Of a stretch of DNA of 54,911 bases, positions 42,469-53,628 are shown in pieces; position 1 is the first letter of the stretch; every line of letters begins with the position of its first letter. The DNA comes from Basidiobolus ranarum. Its lineage: Eukaryota. Made by a program: the position numbers and the translations under genes. The stretch covers positions 1 to 54,911 of the forward strand of contig JASJQH010000012.1 in the NCBI GenBank assembly GCA_040143965.1, read 5' to 3'. The notes beneath the pieces are model-generated. The model saw only the letters and a program-made list of their open reading frames with translations, did no database searches and was not told the DNA's origin.

Positions 42469-44919
42469 TTAGGCAGAATTGGCATCTGGTGATACTTTGC
42501 CATTAGATGCTGCTCTTGAACGAGCAAGGTCACCAGCCAGCTGGGCCAAGCGAGTCTTCATGGTGTCGACTTGCTCTTGGAGCTTGACTTTATCTCCCTC
42601 TAAAGAGGAAATTTGTTGAGTCTTGGCTTCAACCTCTTGAACTTGTTGCTTCTTGGATTCTTCAGCTTCCTGTAGACTGGCTTCAAGAGCGGTAAGACGG
42701 CCCTCAGTAGCGGAGACTTGTGCGCTTGATTTCTCGAGTTCAGCCTTAGTCTCGGTAAGTTCACGAGTAATAGACTCAATCTGAGCCTTAGACTCTTCAT
42801 TCTGTTCTGAAGCAGACAATGCTTGGGCTAATTGAGCCTTGACTTTTTCGAGTTCCTCTTGGAATTGTGCGGCAGATTCCTCAGCTTGCATCTTCGCACT
42901 TCGGATCTCCTTGATAGCTGATTCCGAAGTTTCAAGTTGAGAGTTGAGAGAAACCAATTCTTTGCTAGCAGCCAAAGACTTTTCATTGGCTTCCTTAAGA
43001 GCCACTTCGAGGTTAGTAACTTCACTCTTATTGTGAGTTAATTGTTGTTGAGCATTCACTAATTCAGACTTGGCTTGTTCGAGTTCCTGTGCTAACTTGG
43101 TGTTCAACTCTTGGACTTCTTGGGCTTTTTGAGCGGAAGAATTGGCTTCATCAGCAGAGGCACTGGCCTTGGCAAGCTTGTCTTGAGCTTCTTTGAGAGC
43201 AGCCTCCTTAGACTCTACCAATTGAAGAGTCTCCTTCTTGTCAGCTTCCAGTTGTTGAAGACGAGTGTGTGCTTCATCCAATTGGGATTTGGCAGAGGAC
43301 AACTCGGATTTGGTTTGCTCAACCTGTTTCAATAACTCGGAGTTTTGAGAGTTTGATTGCTCACGAGCTTGGCCAAGTTGAGATTTGAATCCAGTAAGAT
43401 CATTCTCAAGCTCTTGAATTCTTTGCTCTCTGTCAACCTTGACATTAGCGAACTCGCGGCTCAATTGCTCATACTCATCTCTCAATCTAGCCAAATCGTT
43501 AGAGGAAGCTTGGGAAGACAAGCGCTCTTGTTCCAGAGACTTAATCTTGTTCTCCATGGCCAAGAGTGCTTGATCCTTTTGGGATACGATTTGAGACATA
43601 CGTTGTTGTCCGAATCCGAGTTCATGAGTAAGTTGATCAATGGCAGCCTTGGCTTTGCCAAGATCGTTGATGAGACTGGCTTCACGGGATTGTGCCTCTC
43701 TGATCTGGCGAGTAAGAGATTCTTGTTCAGTATAGAATGACTTACGCTCATGACTAAGTTGATCAATTTGTTGCTGAAGGTTAGAGAGTTGTTCACGATG
43801 AGCAGAGTTGGCTTCATCAATATCATAGCTAGAAGCCTGGAGAGTTTTAACATTTTCTTTTTCGACAGTCAACTGTTTGAAAAGAACTTGATTGGTGTAG
43901 TTCAATGATTCAACTTTAGTTTCAAGAATCTTCAATTTCTTCTCGTGAGCCTTCTTGTCGACTTGTTGGTCATTCAATTGTTCACTGACTTCATCAAATT
44001 CTTTTTGAAGATGATTCTGGAGAGATTTCAAAGAGTCGTTCTTCTTGGACAAATTCTTAATGGTCTCCTCTTTTTCTTCAAGAACTTGTCTAAGTTCTTC
44101 TAACTCTTTAGAAGAAACTTGAGGCTCAGATTGGAAAGCGCTGACAGACTCAATAGAAGGTTGCTGAACTGGAGCTTCCTCGGTAGCTTCTTGAACTTGA
44201 GCGGCAGTAACTTCTTCAACAACAAAGGCGTTGTTCTTATTCTTCTTCTTCTTAGACTTCTTCTCGGTGGTGGGAACAGAGGTTTCCTCAGGTTCTTCCT
44301 TGACGGCAACGGGGGCAATAGGAGCAGAAACTTCAGGCTTGACTTCAGCAATGGCCTTGGGGATAACCTCAGTAACAGTCTCTACAGGAGCAACCTCGGA
44401 AACTTGAGGCTTTTGCTTCTTGGACTTGGAGGCCTTAGGCTTCTTTGGTTCCTTCTTTTCGAAGAGAACTGGGCCACCATTGAGCTCAAGAGCAGCATAA
44501 GGATTAGCAGAAGCTACGGAGGCATCAATACCATATTCTGGCTCAGACTCAACAGGTTCTTCAATTTCTTCAACTTCTTCGATCACTTTGGGAGGTGCAA
44601 CAACCTTGGCAGCTTTGGAAGCTTTAGAAGCCTTGTTGGCCTTGGAGCGCTTAGTAGCGTTTACGGTAGCCTTAGGTTGGGCTTTAGCACCATTTTCCTT
44701 GGGTTGGACCTTTGGTTGGACCTGGGGGGTGGTGGCCTTGGCCTTCTTGGCAGACTTCTTCTTGTTCTCCTGCTCCACCTCCTTCAAGAGGGCGGCTTGA
44801 GCTTCAGTATGATCAACTACAGGTTTGCTGCCAACAAAGTTATAGTAGAGGTAAACACTTGAAGTGGATACCACACCGAGTACGACAAGAAGAGTAGTAA
44901 AGTTCGAGAAAGAATCCAT
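42469..44919 (-). CDS. 816-aa N-terminally anchored coiled-coil membrane protein (p180/kinectin-like architecture)
   Basis: Intronless ORF. TM at about aa 7-29, Lys-rich and Pro/Glu/Val-rich linker, then more than 500 aa of heptad-rich E/Q/K/L/A sequence. Confidence 0.9.
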   Translation of the reverse strand: MDSFSNFTTLLVVLGVVSTSSVYLYYNFVGSKPVVDHTEAQAALLKEVEQENKKKSAKKAKATTPQVQPKVQPKENGAKAQPKATVNATKRSKANKASKASKAAKVVAPPKVIEEVEEIEEPVESEPEYGIDASVASANPYAALELNGGPVLFEKKEPKKPKASKSKKQKPQVSEVAPVETVTEVIPKAIAEVKPEVSAPIAPVAVKEEPEETSVPTTEKKSKKKKNKNNAFVVEEVTAAQVQEATEEAPVQQPSIESVSAFQSEPQVSSKELEELRQVLEEKEETIKNLSKKNDSLKSLQNHLQKEFDEVSEQLNDQQVDKKAHEKKLKILETKVESLNYTNQVLFKQLTVEKENVKTLQASSYDIDEANSAHREQLSNLQQQIDQLSHERKSFYTEQESLTRQIREAQSREASLINDLGKAKAAIDQLTHELGFGQQRMSQIVSQKDQALLAMENKIKSLEQERLSSQASSNDLARLRDEYEQLSREFANVKVDREQRIQELENDLTGFKSQLGQAREQSNSQNSELLKQVEQTKSELSSAKSQLDEAHTRLQQLEADKKETLQLVESKEAALKEAQDKLAKASASADEANSSAQKAQEVQELNTKLAQELEQAKSELVNAQQQLTHNKSEVTNLEVALKEANEKSLAASKELVSLNSQLETSESAIKEIRSAKMQAEESAAQFQEELEKVKAQLAQALSASEQNEESKAQIESITRELTETKAELEKSSAQVSATEGRLTALEASLQEAEESKKQQVQEVEAKTQQISSLEGDKVKLQEQVDTMKTRLAQLAGDLARSRAASNGKVSPDANSA

Positions 44920-45848
44920 GATAAAGAGTCAAATAACCGGGTTCCAGAGAGACGATAGAGACAACGATAAACGACTGGTCAGGGAAGGAAAATCGGTAAT
45001 AACACACAGTGTTCGGTGAATGGGTTGCTCAGTGTTAATTATCCAAAAGGTTGAGGAAAGCCAGGGTACCTCAGCAAAAGTCCAGGGTTAGAGTAGTAGA
45101 AACAAAAATTCCTGGCCAAACACATCTCAGATCAAGAACTCGGGGAAGTAATTTGGTCAAAGTAATCACCTCACTTTTACATTTAAACAGCATTACATAA
45201 GTAAACACATATTCATCATTACAGATCACTCTGGAGCATGAACTCTGGGTAGTTCATTGGTAGGAATTTATCATAGAACCTCCAAAAAGGCATTAATGGC
45301 CTCTCCAATATTAGTTATTAACTAGTGTTCTGACAGTGATCGTTGTGATCTTTTTGTCAGCCAATCCATCCACCCTGAGCATTCATAAACAGCTCATACG
45401 AAAAGAAGGATTGAGAAAGCTGGCGAATAATTTATTCTGCCAATCACCAGCGGGATGATTAATGTGCATTCTCAAATTGCCTTTGAATTTCGACGAATCA
45501 GCACTGGCCAGCTGGTGATGATTTGTACATATCAGCGGATCCAAATACGATCATTTTCGATACACACAAAGCTTAGTAAACCGGCTTAATTATACTCTAT
45601 CGGCTATTTGTAATGAATTGGGACATTCAGGTTCGGTGATAATTTTACTCTCTGGGAAATACATTAAATCCGTGATCAAAACCAATCAAACGCTGAGAGT
45701 AATGTTTTGATATTTACTGTAATTCCAAGTAATTTCTGATTCTTCCACTGCTAGTTGTAAATTGTAAACAACAATAACAAAGATTTTTCGTCATCAAAAC
45801 ATAACTACCTTTAAAGTTGTTTTTCCCTCGTTATTCCTTCTTCACTAG

Positions 45849-45856
45849 TTTGCCGC
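45849..45856 (+). promoter_or_regulatory. E2F-consensus site (TTTSSCGC) upstream of RNR1
   Basis: TTTGCCGC lies 67 bp before the RNR1 ATG; function is inferred only. Confidence 0.35.
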
Positions 45857-45923
45857 TTTAGACTTTGACACTCACCTATTTCCCCTTTGTATCATATAAT
45901 ACTCCTCATAAAGAATCCCGAGT

Positions 45924-48284
45924 ATGGTTATGTACGTTCAAAAACGTGATGGCAAGCAAGAGCGTGTCGCCTTCGACAAGATTACCGCTCGAGTCAACAA
46001 ACTTTGTTACGGGCTTGACACAAATTACGTAGACTCTGCCGCTGTGGCACAACGTGTCATTTCTGGAGTGTATGAGGGAGTCACAACCCAAGAGTTGGAT
46101 AACCTCGCAGCTGAAACCGCTGCCTATATGACAACAAAACATCCTGACTATGCTATATTGGCTGCAAGAATTGCTATATCAAACCTTCATAAAGAGACCA
46201 AGAAGCAATTTTCCTCCGTTATCCATGACCTGTATCACTATGTCAACCCTAAAACCGAAAAGAGCTCACCCAAAATTGCCAAAGAAACCTACGAGATTGT
46301 CATGAAAAATGCCGAACGTTTAGATTCTGCCATTATCTATGATAGAGACTTCAACTACAATTACTTTGGATTCAAAACCCTTGAGCGTTCCTATCTACTT
46401 AGACTGGATAGCCAAGTCGCAGAAAGACCTCAGCACATGGTAATGAGAGTTGCAGTAGGAATTCACGGTGAGGATATAGATTCTGCCATTGAAACATACA
46501 ACTATATGTCGGAGAAATATTTCACCCATGCTTCTCCCACCTTGTTCAATGCTGGTACTCCTGTTCCACAGCTCAGCAGTTGCTTCCTTGTCTCCATGAA
46601 GGAAGACTCAATCGATGGCATTTACGATACCCTGAAAACTTGTGCATTAATCTCCAAATCCGCAGGTGGAATCGGTCTAAATGTGCATAAGATTCGTGGC
46701 TCAGGATCTTATATTGCTGGTACGAATGGTACCTCCAATGGTTTAATTCCAATGCTTAGAGTATACAACAATACCGCCAGATATGTTGACCAAGGTGGTA
46801 ACAAGAGACCTGGTGCATTCGCCATTTACTTGGAGCCATGGCACTCGGATATTTTTGATTTCTTAGATTTACGTAAGAATACTGGTGCTGAAGAATCCAG
46901 AGCACGTGACTTATTCTATGCATTATGGATCTCTGACTTATTTATGAAGCGTGTTGAGAATGATGAGGACTGGAGTTTGTTTTGTCCAGCCGAAGCCCCA
47001 GGTTTAGAAGAATGCTGGGGAGAGAAGTTCGAAGAGTTGTATATATCCTATGAGCGTAAGGGACTCGCTCGTAAGACAGTCAAAGCTCAAAAACTCTGGT
47101 ACGCCATCCTAGATTCCCAAATTGAAACCGGAAATCCATTCATGCTATACAAGGATGCCTGTAACCGTAAGTCAAATCAACAGAACTTGGGTACTATCAA
47201 ATCCAGCAATCTCTGTTGTGAAATCGTAGAGTACTCTAGTCCTGAAGAGGTAGCCGTATGTAACCTTGCTAGTTTAGCGCTTCCAACATTTGTTACATCC
47301 AAGGATCACTTTAATTTCCAAGAATTACACAAAGTTACCAAAATTTTGACTAAGAATCTTAACAAAGTGATCGACGTGAACTACTACCCTGTAGAGGAGG
47401 CTCGTCGTTCTAACATGCGTCATAGACCAGTCGGTTTAGGTGTTCAAGGATTGGCAGACGCATTTATCAAAATGCGTATGCCATTTGAGTCACCCGAGGC
47501 TATCGATTTGAACAAGAAGATCTTCGAAACCATTTACCACGCAGCATTGGAGGCATCTTGTGAAATCGCACAACGTGATGGACCCTACTCCACTTATGAG
47601 GGATCCCCGGTATCACAGGGTATTTTGCAATACGACATGTGGAATGTTACTCCCTCTGATTTATGGGATTGGGATGAACTTAAGGCAAAGATTGCTCTCC
47701 ACGGTGTACGCAATTCACTATTGGTTGCACCAATGCCTACTGCATCCACCTCCCAGATCCTTGGGTTCAACGAATGTTTCGAGCCTTACACATCAAATAT
47801 CTACCAACGTAGAGTGTTGGCTGGTGAATTCCAAATTGTCAACCCATGGCTTCTTAAAGATCTGGTTGAACTTGGTCTCTGGAATGATAGTTTGAAGAAC
47901 CGAATCATTTCGGACAGCGGGTCTATTCAAAGCATTCCTTCTATTCCCAAAGAGCTCAAAGAACTGTACAAAACTGTGTGGGAAATCAAGCAGAAGGTGA
48001 TTATTGATATGGCCGCCGATAGAGGAGCCTTCATCGATCAATCTCAATCGCTCAACATCTTTATCGCAGAGCCTTCCTATCCTAAACTCACATCTATGCA
48101 CTTCTACGGATGGAAGAAGGGACTGAAGACAGGTATGTATTATTTACGTACAAGACCTGCCGTAGATGCTATCAAGTTCACTGTTGATCAGCTGTCACTC
48201 AAGATGGAGGGAAACGCGATTGAGGATGCCAAGTTGCAATGCTCCATCGATAACAAAGATGATTGCATGATGTGCAGCGGTTAA
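45924..48284 (+). CDS. RNR1: Ribonucleoside-diphosphate reductase large subunit
   Basis: ATP-cone [60 protein letters not shown]-terminal CMMCSG; intronless. Confidence 0.98.
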   Translation: MVMYVQKRDGKQERVAFDKITARVNKLCYGLDTNYVDSAAVAQRVISGVYEGVTTQELDNLAAETAAYMTTKHPDYAILAARIAISNLHKETKKQFSSVIHDLYHYVNPKTEKSSPKIAKETYEIVMKNAERLDSAIIYDRDFNYNYFGFKTLERSYLLRLDSQVAERPQHMVMRVAVGIHGEDIDSAIETYNYMSEKYFTHASPTLFNAGTPVPQLSSCFLVSMKEDSIDGIYDTLKTCALISKSAGGIGLNVHKIRGSGSYIAGTNGTSNGLIPMLRVYNNTARYVDQGGNKRPGAFAIYLEPWHSDIFDFLDLRKNTGAEESRARDLFYALWISDLFMKRVENDEDWSLFCPAEAPGLEECWGEKFEELYISYERKGLARKTVKAQKLWYAILDSQIETGNPFMLYKDACNRKSNQQNLGTIKSSNLCCEIVEYSSPEEVAVCNLASLALPTFVTSKDHFNFQELHKVTKILTKNLNKVIDVNYYPVEEARRSNMRHRPVGLGVQGLADAFIKMRMPFESPEAIDLNKKIFETIYHAALEASCEIAQRDGPYSTYEGSPVSQGILQYDMWNVTPSDLWDWDELKAKIALHGVRNSLLVAPMPTASTSQILGFNECFEPYTSNIYQRRVLAGEFQIVNPWLLKDLVELGLWNDSLKNRIISDSGSIQSIPSIPKELKELYKTVWEIKQKVIIDMAADRGAFIDQSQSLNIFIAEPSYPKLTSMHFYGWKKGLKTGMYYLRTRPAVDAIKFTVDQLSLKMEGNAIEDAKLQCSIDNKDDCMMCSG

Positions 48285-48327
48285 ATAGTGCGGTTAAATA
48301 GTGCGGTTAAATAGTGCGCTTAAATAG
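48277..48327. repeat. 13-bp tandem repeat x4 overlapping the RNR1 stop codon
   Basis: gcggttaaatagt x3 followed by gcgcttaaatag. Confidence 0.92.
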
Positions 48328-48441
48328 ACCATTTTTATTACCACCACCTATATCACTCTTTTCAATGTATTCCGTTCTTTATGTAGCAATAAATTAAGTC
48401 GCATTTCGATCAATGCTAAGAAATTTATTAATTCTTTTCAA

Positions 48442-49740
48442 TTACATCTCTTCAAGTATCGTAATTCCTACCATAAGACCAACGCCAACAAACATGGCGA
48501 TAATCTGCCAAAATGAATCGGTGATTTTTTCACGTAATGTTGTGAGACTGGAGTCTTCTGCAAGAAGTTCTGGTATAACTCCAACCGTGGCAATGTAAAT
48601 AAATCCACCTGCAGTGGCTGGTATAATCATTTCACTAGCTGTAATAATAGAATTGCTCTCACCACCTAGAACACCGTTTAAGATGGGAAAGAGGTCTGGG
48701 TTTCTAGTGGCTTCCTCAATAACAACTCCTGCCACAGTACCCAAGAATGCACCGATTGCAGTGACAAATTGCGCACCTAAGGCACTGCTTCTGCTAAATC
48801 CTGACTGTATCAATATAGCATAATCACCCACCTCATGAGGAATTTCATGGAAGAACACCGCTGCAAACGTTGACATTCCGATCGCGGGGGATGTATAGAA
48901 AGATGCAGCAATGGCCAATCCATCGGTGAAGTTGTGGGTCATATCGGCAATCAAATTAAGGTAAGCAGATAGATTGATGTTTTGTGTAGTGCTTTCTACA
49001 CTCGACGTTTTTTCTTTCTCTACGTTATCAGTTTTCTTACGTTGACGAAGTTGGGTGTCGGTCTCAGTCTCGGTTACTGAAGTGCTCTTTCCTTCAGTTA
49101 TTTCTTGAGGACTGTGAGAATGGGAATGTGAATGCCCACTTCCACCACTGGCAAGTCGCATGAATTTATCCATCAAGAAAAAGAACAGGAAACCACCAAA
49201 CACTCCTAAACCAACGTACAAGTTGCGCCATTTCAGGGTTTCTTCATCGAGTTTAGTTCCCTCTCCATGTTCGCCCAAAAATGCTTGAGGTAATAGGTGC
49301 AAGAATACGTCACCTAACAAACCTCCAACAGCAAAGCTCACAAGAATGTTTAGACTACTTGGGCGAATGTTAGGCGGAACGAAAAATAAAATAAAATTCG
49401 GGAATAAAGAAATGTAAGCAGTAGCTAAAAAGGAAGAAATCATAGGACTCTCAGAGAATAAGAAACTAAAAGTAGATTTCCCGTCACCCTTTATAACAGA
49501 TCCACCTGAAGGCTTACTACTGAGACCAAAAAATTTATGGAAGGGACAATCTGCTGGATCTCCAGCTGGCATCTCTCCGTGATATTTCTTGACTAGTTCT
49601 TCTGTTGTTCCCTGAAATAGACTTTCATCTGATGTGTCAGGGTGTAGTTTATGGCCTGCGCATAATATGGCACCAAATACTACTATCAATAGTAAGAGAA
49701 TCCAAGTTCTTTTAGTTTTCAAAGATCCCCTAGGTAGCAT
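48442..49740 (-). CDS. YKE4: ER/Golgi ZIP zinc transporter (Yke4/ZIP7, LIV-1 subfamily)
   Basis: SFAVGGLLGDVFLHLLP, HSHSHSH loop, AYLNLIADMTHNFTDGLAI, FFHEIPHEVGDYAILIQSG, TAGGFIYIATVGVIPELL. Confidence 0.93.
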   Translation of the reverse strand: MLPRGSLKTKRTWILLLLIVVFGAILCAGHKLHPDTSDESLFQGTTEELVKKYHGEMPAGDPADCPFHKFFGLSSKPSGGSVIKGDGKSTFSFLFSESPMISSFLATAYISLFPNFILFFVPPNIRPSSLNILVSFAVGGLLGDVFLHLLPQAFLGEHGEGTKLDEETLKWRNLYVGLGVFGGFLFFFLMDKFMRLASGGSGHSHSHSHSPQEITEGKSTSVTETETDTQLRQRKKTDNVEKEKTSSVESTTQNINLSAYLNLIADMTHNFTDGLAIAASFYTSPAIGMSTFAAVFFHEIPHEVGDYAILIQSGFSRSSALGAQFVTAIGAFLGTVAGVVIEEATRNPDLFPILNGVLGGESNSIITASEMIIPATAGGFIYIATVGVIPELLAEDSSLTTLREKITDSFWQIIAMFVGVGLMVGITILEEM

Positions 49741-49949
49741 CTTTGACGTAAAGAGCGATTCAAACGTAAGTTGGCATTTTGGTGCGCAGCTAACTTCCAA
49801 CTAATGCAAAACTCAAACTGATTCAATTGGCAGATATTGGAATCAATCAAAATATTTGTTTTTAGGTTTATTATAGTACAATAAAAAATAGTAATCAACT
49901 TGATGTGTATCAGGTTATATATACTCCAACAAATGGGACTAACCACTGC

Positions 49950-52132
49950 TTAATTAATTACCAGATGCGCATTTCCACTCTTCTTTTGTAAGGTCATCAA
50001 AGCATTTGCAGAAGGCACTATGCTATTGGTAGTACTCATGGCAAGCGACTTCTTCTCTTCTTCCAGTTTCTTCATTCTCTTCTCTACCTTTAGCTTACCG
50101 GAACTTTTACCATGGAATTTGTGTGATATTGTTCTGAAAGCCTCCTTTTGATTAGCTGGGTTACCAAACTCATCGTAATATTCCAGTTGAATGTCTGGTC
50201 TATAATCCTTAAAGCGTTCCCAATCGTCGTCTTTATCTCTTCTGCGTTCTCTGGAGCGGGATCTATCACGAGAATGGTGATCTCTAGATCTCGAAGGAGA
50301 GCGTTCGCGACGCCCAGAGGTCGAGGCAACCGCTTGTTTCTTTTGCTCGGATATCCATCTCTGTCTCTCTCTTTGGTTCTGTTCACGCTCCTTCTGCTCA
50401 TCGGTCATGCCTTCGTATATTCCCTTCTGTTGAAGTAATGCTATCGTAGCAGCAAGACCACTACTAACTAGAGGTTCCTCCTCGACTATGGGGACTGATT
50501 TCTCTTCACCCTGTTGAGGCTCTTCCTCCTTGCTGACATCAATTTCCATAGAATCCTCAGGTGTCCTGGATTGAGGTTGCAGGCTAAGTGAGGCTTCTTT
50601 ATGTTGCTTTTCAGTAGAGCTTAGAGGTAAAGTAGGGATGGAACCCAAGTTCTTTACGAACTCAGAAGTATCATCGATAATGAGACCATTGCGTGAATCA
50701 TCGTCCACAGCGTCTTGGTTAGCCTCTAGTATAGATTTGGCTACTTCTTCGATGCTTCGCTTTTGCTTTTTAACGGCTAATCTACGAGCTCTTGCTAAAG
50801 CTTGTTGCAAATCTTCATCATCCACAAAACTAACATCGTCTAAGTTGGTATATCTATTAGTAGTCGAGGGAGTGGGTGCATTAGAGTCCAAATCCATATC
50901 GTTTTCATTTTTGTTCTTTTCATTCGAATCGTCCAAGAAATCCAGGTCAGCCTTCCGTCTAGTACTCTTCTTTTTCTTCTTCTTTGGTTTCTTGAATGTA
51001 ACTGCAACTTCTTCAGCTGTATAGTAGTCCTGGATTTCATTCATTTTATCGAATGATAAGGTAACAGCCTGTGACTTCAGTTTTGCTGAAACTTCTTGTC
51101 GCTCACGTTCCCGGTCTAATGAGGCTTCTCCTTTTGTATTTAGCACGAAGAAGTCTTTTTTAGGGCCATCAATTTCATCATCATAATGCGAAAGTATGGT
51201 TCGCTTCCCGCCGATATCTCCTTGAAATTCCTCATCATCATAGCCAGTATAAATGGGCCTCTTCTTCTTATTCTCAATATTTTGCCGTAATTTCTCTTGT
51301 TCTTCCAACTGAATGTTTGTCAACTCATCACCCTCCTCTTCTAAGATGTTGCTATCCTTCAAAGTAAGTATGACCTCACCATCATCGAAATCACCAAGAT
51401 TATGAGCAACCTTGATTCCACCCAAGTTTTCTAAATAAACGAGTTAATATCAAACTTAAGACGACTGGATTTGATAGATTGTTAGGAAGGAAAGGTTACC
51501 TCCAGAATATTGAATCTTTGCTGACTGTTCGAAATCTGCATCCAGACTATCCAACTCTTTCATTTTTTTAAGAGCCAATTCTTTCTGCTTGTTTCGAGAT
51601 CTCTTTACCCAATCCAAAGTATCATCCACCTCATCTTCTTCTCCTAGACCTTTACCAGCAAGTTTTTCATTTAACTTTCTCTTATTCTTTGATCTATAGA
51701 AAGAAACTGACGGTTAGAATCATTCATATACCAATAAGAATATAAGTAATACAAAGATTTACTTCTCGATCCTTGCTTTTACTTCATCGGTCGCAGTTTT
51801 CGCTGCTTGTTCTTCTTGATATTTAGTGTAGTTCTCCTCAGCTTGACGATCTTTGGCAGAACCTTTACCAGGATCAAGTGGTTTCAAGCCTAAGGAAATA
51901 CGTAGCTTACTAAGGAATAAAAGTTAATAAATCGATTTTTTTTAGTGTAAAAGGGGGCATAATAAAGTTAATGGGTAAAAATTATAATAGCAAGTATTAA
52001 GTTGTCACGAAAAAAAGTGAGCATTGAATGCATACAAAGAACACTTCAAATACTTAAAATATGATCTAGTTGAACTTACTTAGTCTCTTCAAAAGATAGT
52101 GAGTTATCCCCGCCACCTCGTTCTTCTTCCAT
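49950..52132 (-). CDS. SART1: U4/U6.U5 tri-snRNP protein Snu66/SART1 (4 exons)
   Basis: HIND motif SLSFEETN|KLRISLGLKPL; ILTLKDSNIL; YYDEFG...KEAFRTISHKFHGKSSGK. Confidence 0.93.
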
Positions 52133-52356
52133 GTTGTATGTGGTAAAGGGTTAGATGACTAAGAAAAAGAAACGATTCAATCTATATATATATGATAAAT
52201 TTCTATGTCAAATTAATACCAGGATCAACATTTTAATTAACTAAAATTAAACGATGATTGAAGGAGCTGCGACAAAAAAATTTGATTATTGGGTTTTATG
52301 ATAAGGTCAGAGTGAACAACTATTTCTTCTGACTTACACTTCGTATTCATACAATA

Positions 52357-52833
52357 ATGTTCGGTGCATTCCGTAGTACTCTAGTTGCTCAAGGTGGTCT
52401 TCTTTGGTGAGTTCGACGAATTAACGTGTATATTTATGATTTGGTTCACTAACAAGTCTTTATTGTAAATAGGAAGGTTCCTTTTCGCCTTAGTAAGACA
52501 CGTAAGGCCAATGTACGCAAGAGACTTAGAGCAGTTGACGATGTAATTCAAGCTGTTAGCAGTTCTGGTGTTGAATGCAAAGCACTCGTGAGTATTTTAT
52601 TTCTATTAGTAGACCTACCTAACTGCCTATATTATTTCATAAAGACCTATACTGATATTTTTTATTGTGAATAGGATACCGTACAAAAACTTCCTCGCTG
52701 CACGGAAATGTCCAAGTGGCAAAAATACACGGTCTTTTCCAAGAAATTCCCAGGTCATCGTAAGCCAGTTCACAAGGTGCAAAAATTCACTAAAACTCCT
52801 ATTCCTAGAGAATACCCTGAAGGTTTCTTATAA
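52357..52833 (+). CDS. MRPL31: Mitochondrial ribosomal protein mL60/MRPL31 (3 exons)
   Basis: MFGAFRSTLVAQGGLLW|KVPFRLSKTRKANVRKRLRAVDDVI...|...KYTVFSKKFPGHRKPVHKVQKFTK...PEGFL*. Confidence 0.9.
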
Positions 52834-53246
52834 ACTTCAGTATAGTTGAATAGGCGAAGAATCTCATGCATATATTACATTCATTCATTTTCTCTTGAAA
52901 TAAACCATAAAACTCAGTTATATATTAGTCTTGTCCTTGTTTAAATGGAGAAGCTTAGCTCTATGTTTACTACAAAGTTAATCCTAGCTCTAGGATGTTT
53001 AATATTAACCATATTCAATTAATTCGATCATTAATTTCATAATAGAGTCAAATTTCGGATGGTTTCTTGATTTCACAACTTGGCTAAATATATGTGATGA
53101 TAAAAGCCAGGGGATATATATGGGATTTTTTTAAAAAAAATTATCCCTTACCCAGGATAGCAACTAATGAATCTAACAAAAGGAAGTGTCAGAAACAACG
53201 GGCTCCCTCTCCTTTACAATTGTAGCTTTGCACCATTCAGATTGAA

Positions 53247-53628
53247 ATGTCTGCCGAACAAGCTATCGTCTACGCTGCTCTCATCCTCCAAGATGATGGT
53301 GTTGAAATCACCGTAAGTGATCAGTGATAGGAATTTATGTTTACTAGCGATAATCTAAAATCTATTCATATAGGCCGACAAACTCTCCACCCTCACTAAG
53401 GCTGCTGGTGTTGATGTCGAGCCCGTCTGGGCTTCCCTCTTCGCCAAGGCTTTGGCCGGTAAGAACGTCAGCGATTTGTTGATGAACGTCGGTTCCGCTG
53501 GTTCCGCCCCTGCTGCCGCTGGTGGTGCCGCTGCTGGTGCTTCCGGTGATGCCGCTCCTGCCGTTGAAGAGAAGGAAGAAGCTAAGGAGGAGTCTGATGA
53601 CGATATGGGCTTCGGTCTTTTCGATTAA
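53247..53628 (+). CDS. RPP1: 60S acidic ribosomal protein P1 (2 exons)
   Basis: [49 protein letters not shown]...[13 protein letters not shown]. Confidence 0.97.

Noticed and set aside
44119-44862. 247-aa plus-strand ORF and other long antisense ORFs (e.g. 43357-43740, 33025-33474, 53362-53691, 54662-54901)
   Set aside because: Shadows of biased codon usage in the real genes on the opposite strand; implausible compositions.
48277-48327. Short repeat array as a CRISPR-like or telomeric element
   Set aside because: Direct tandem units without spacers, eukaryotic context, no cas genes, and not a TTAGGG-type repeat.
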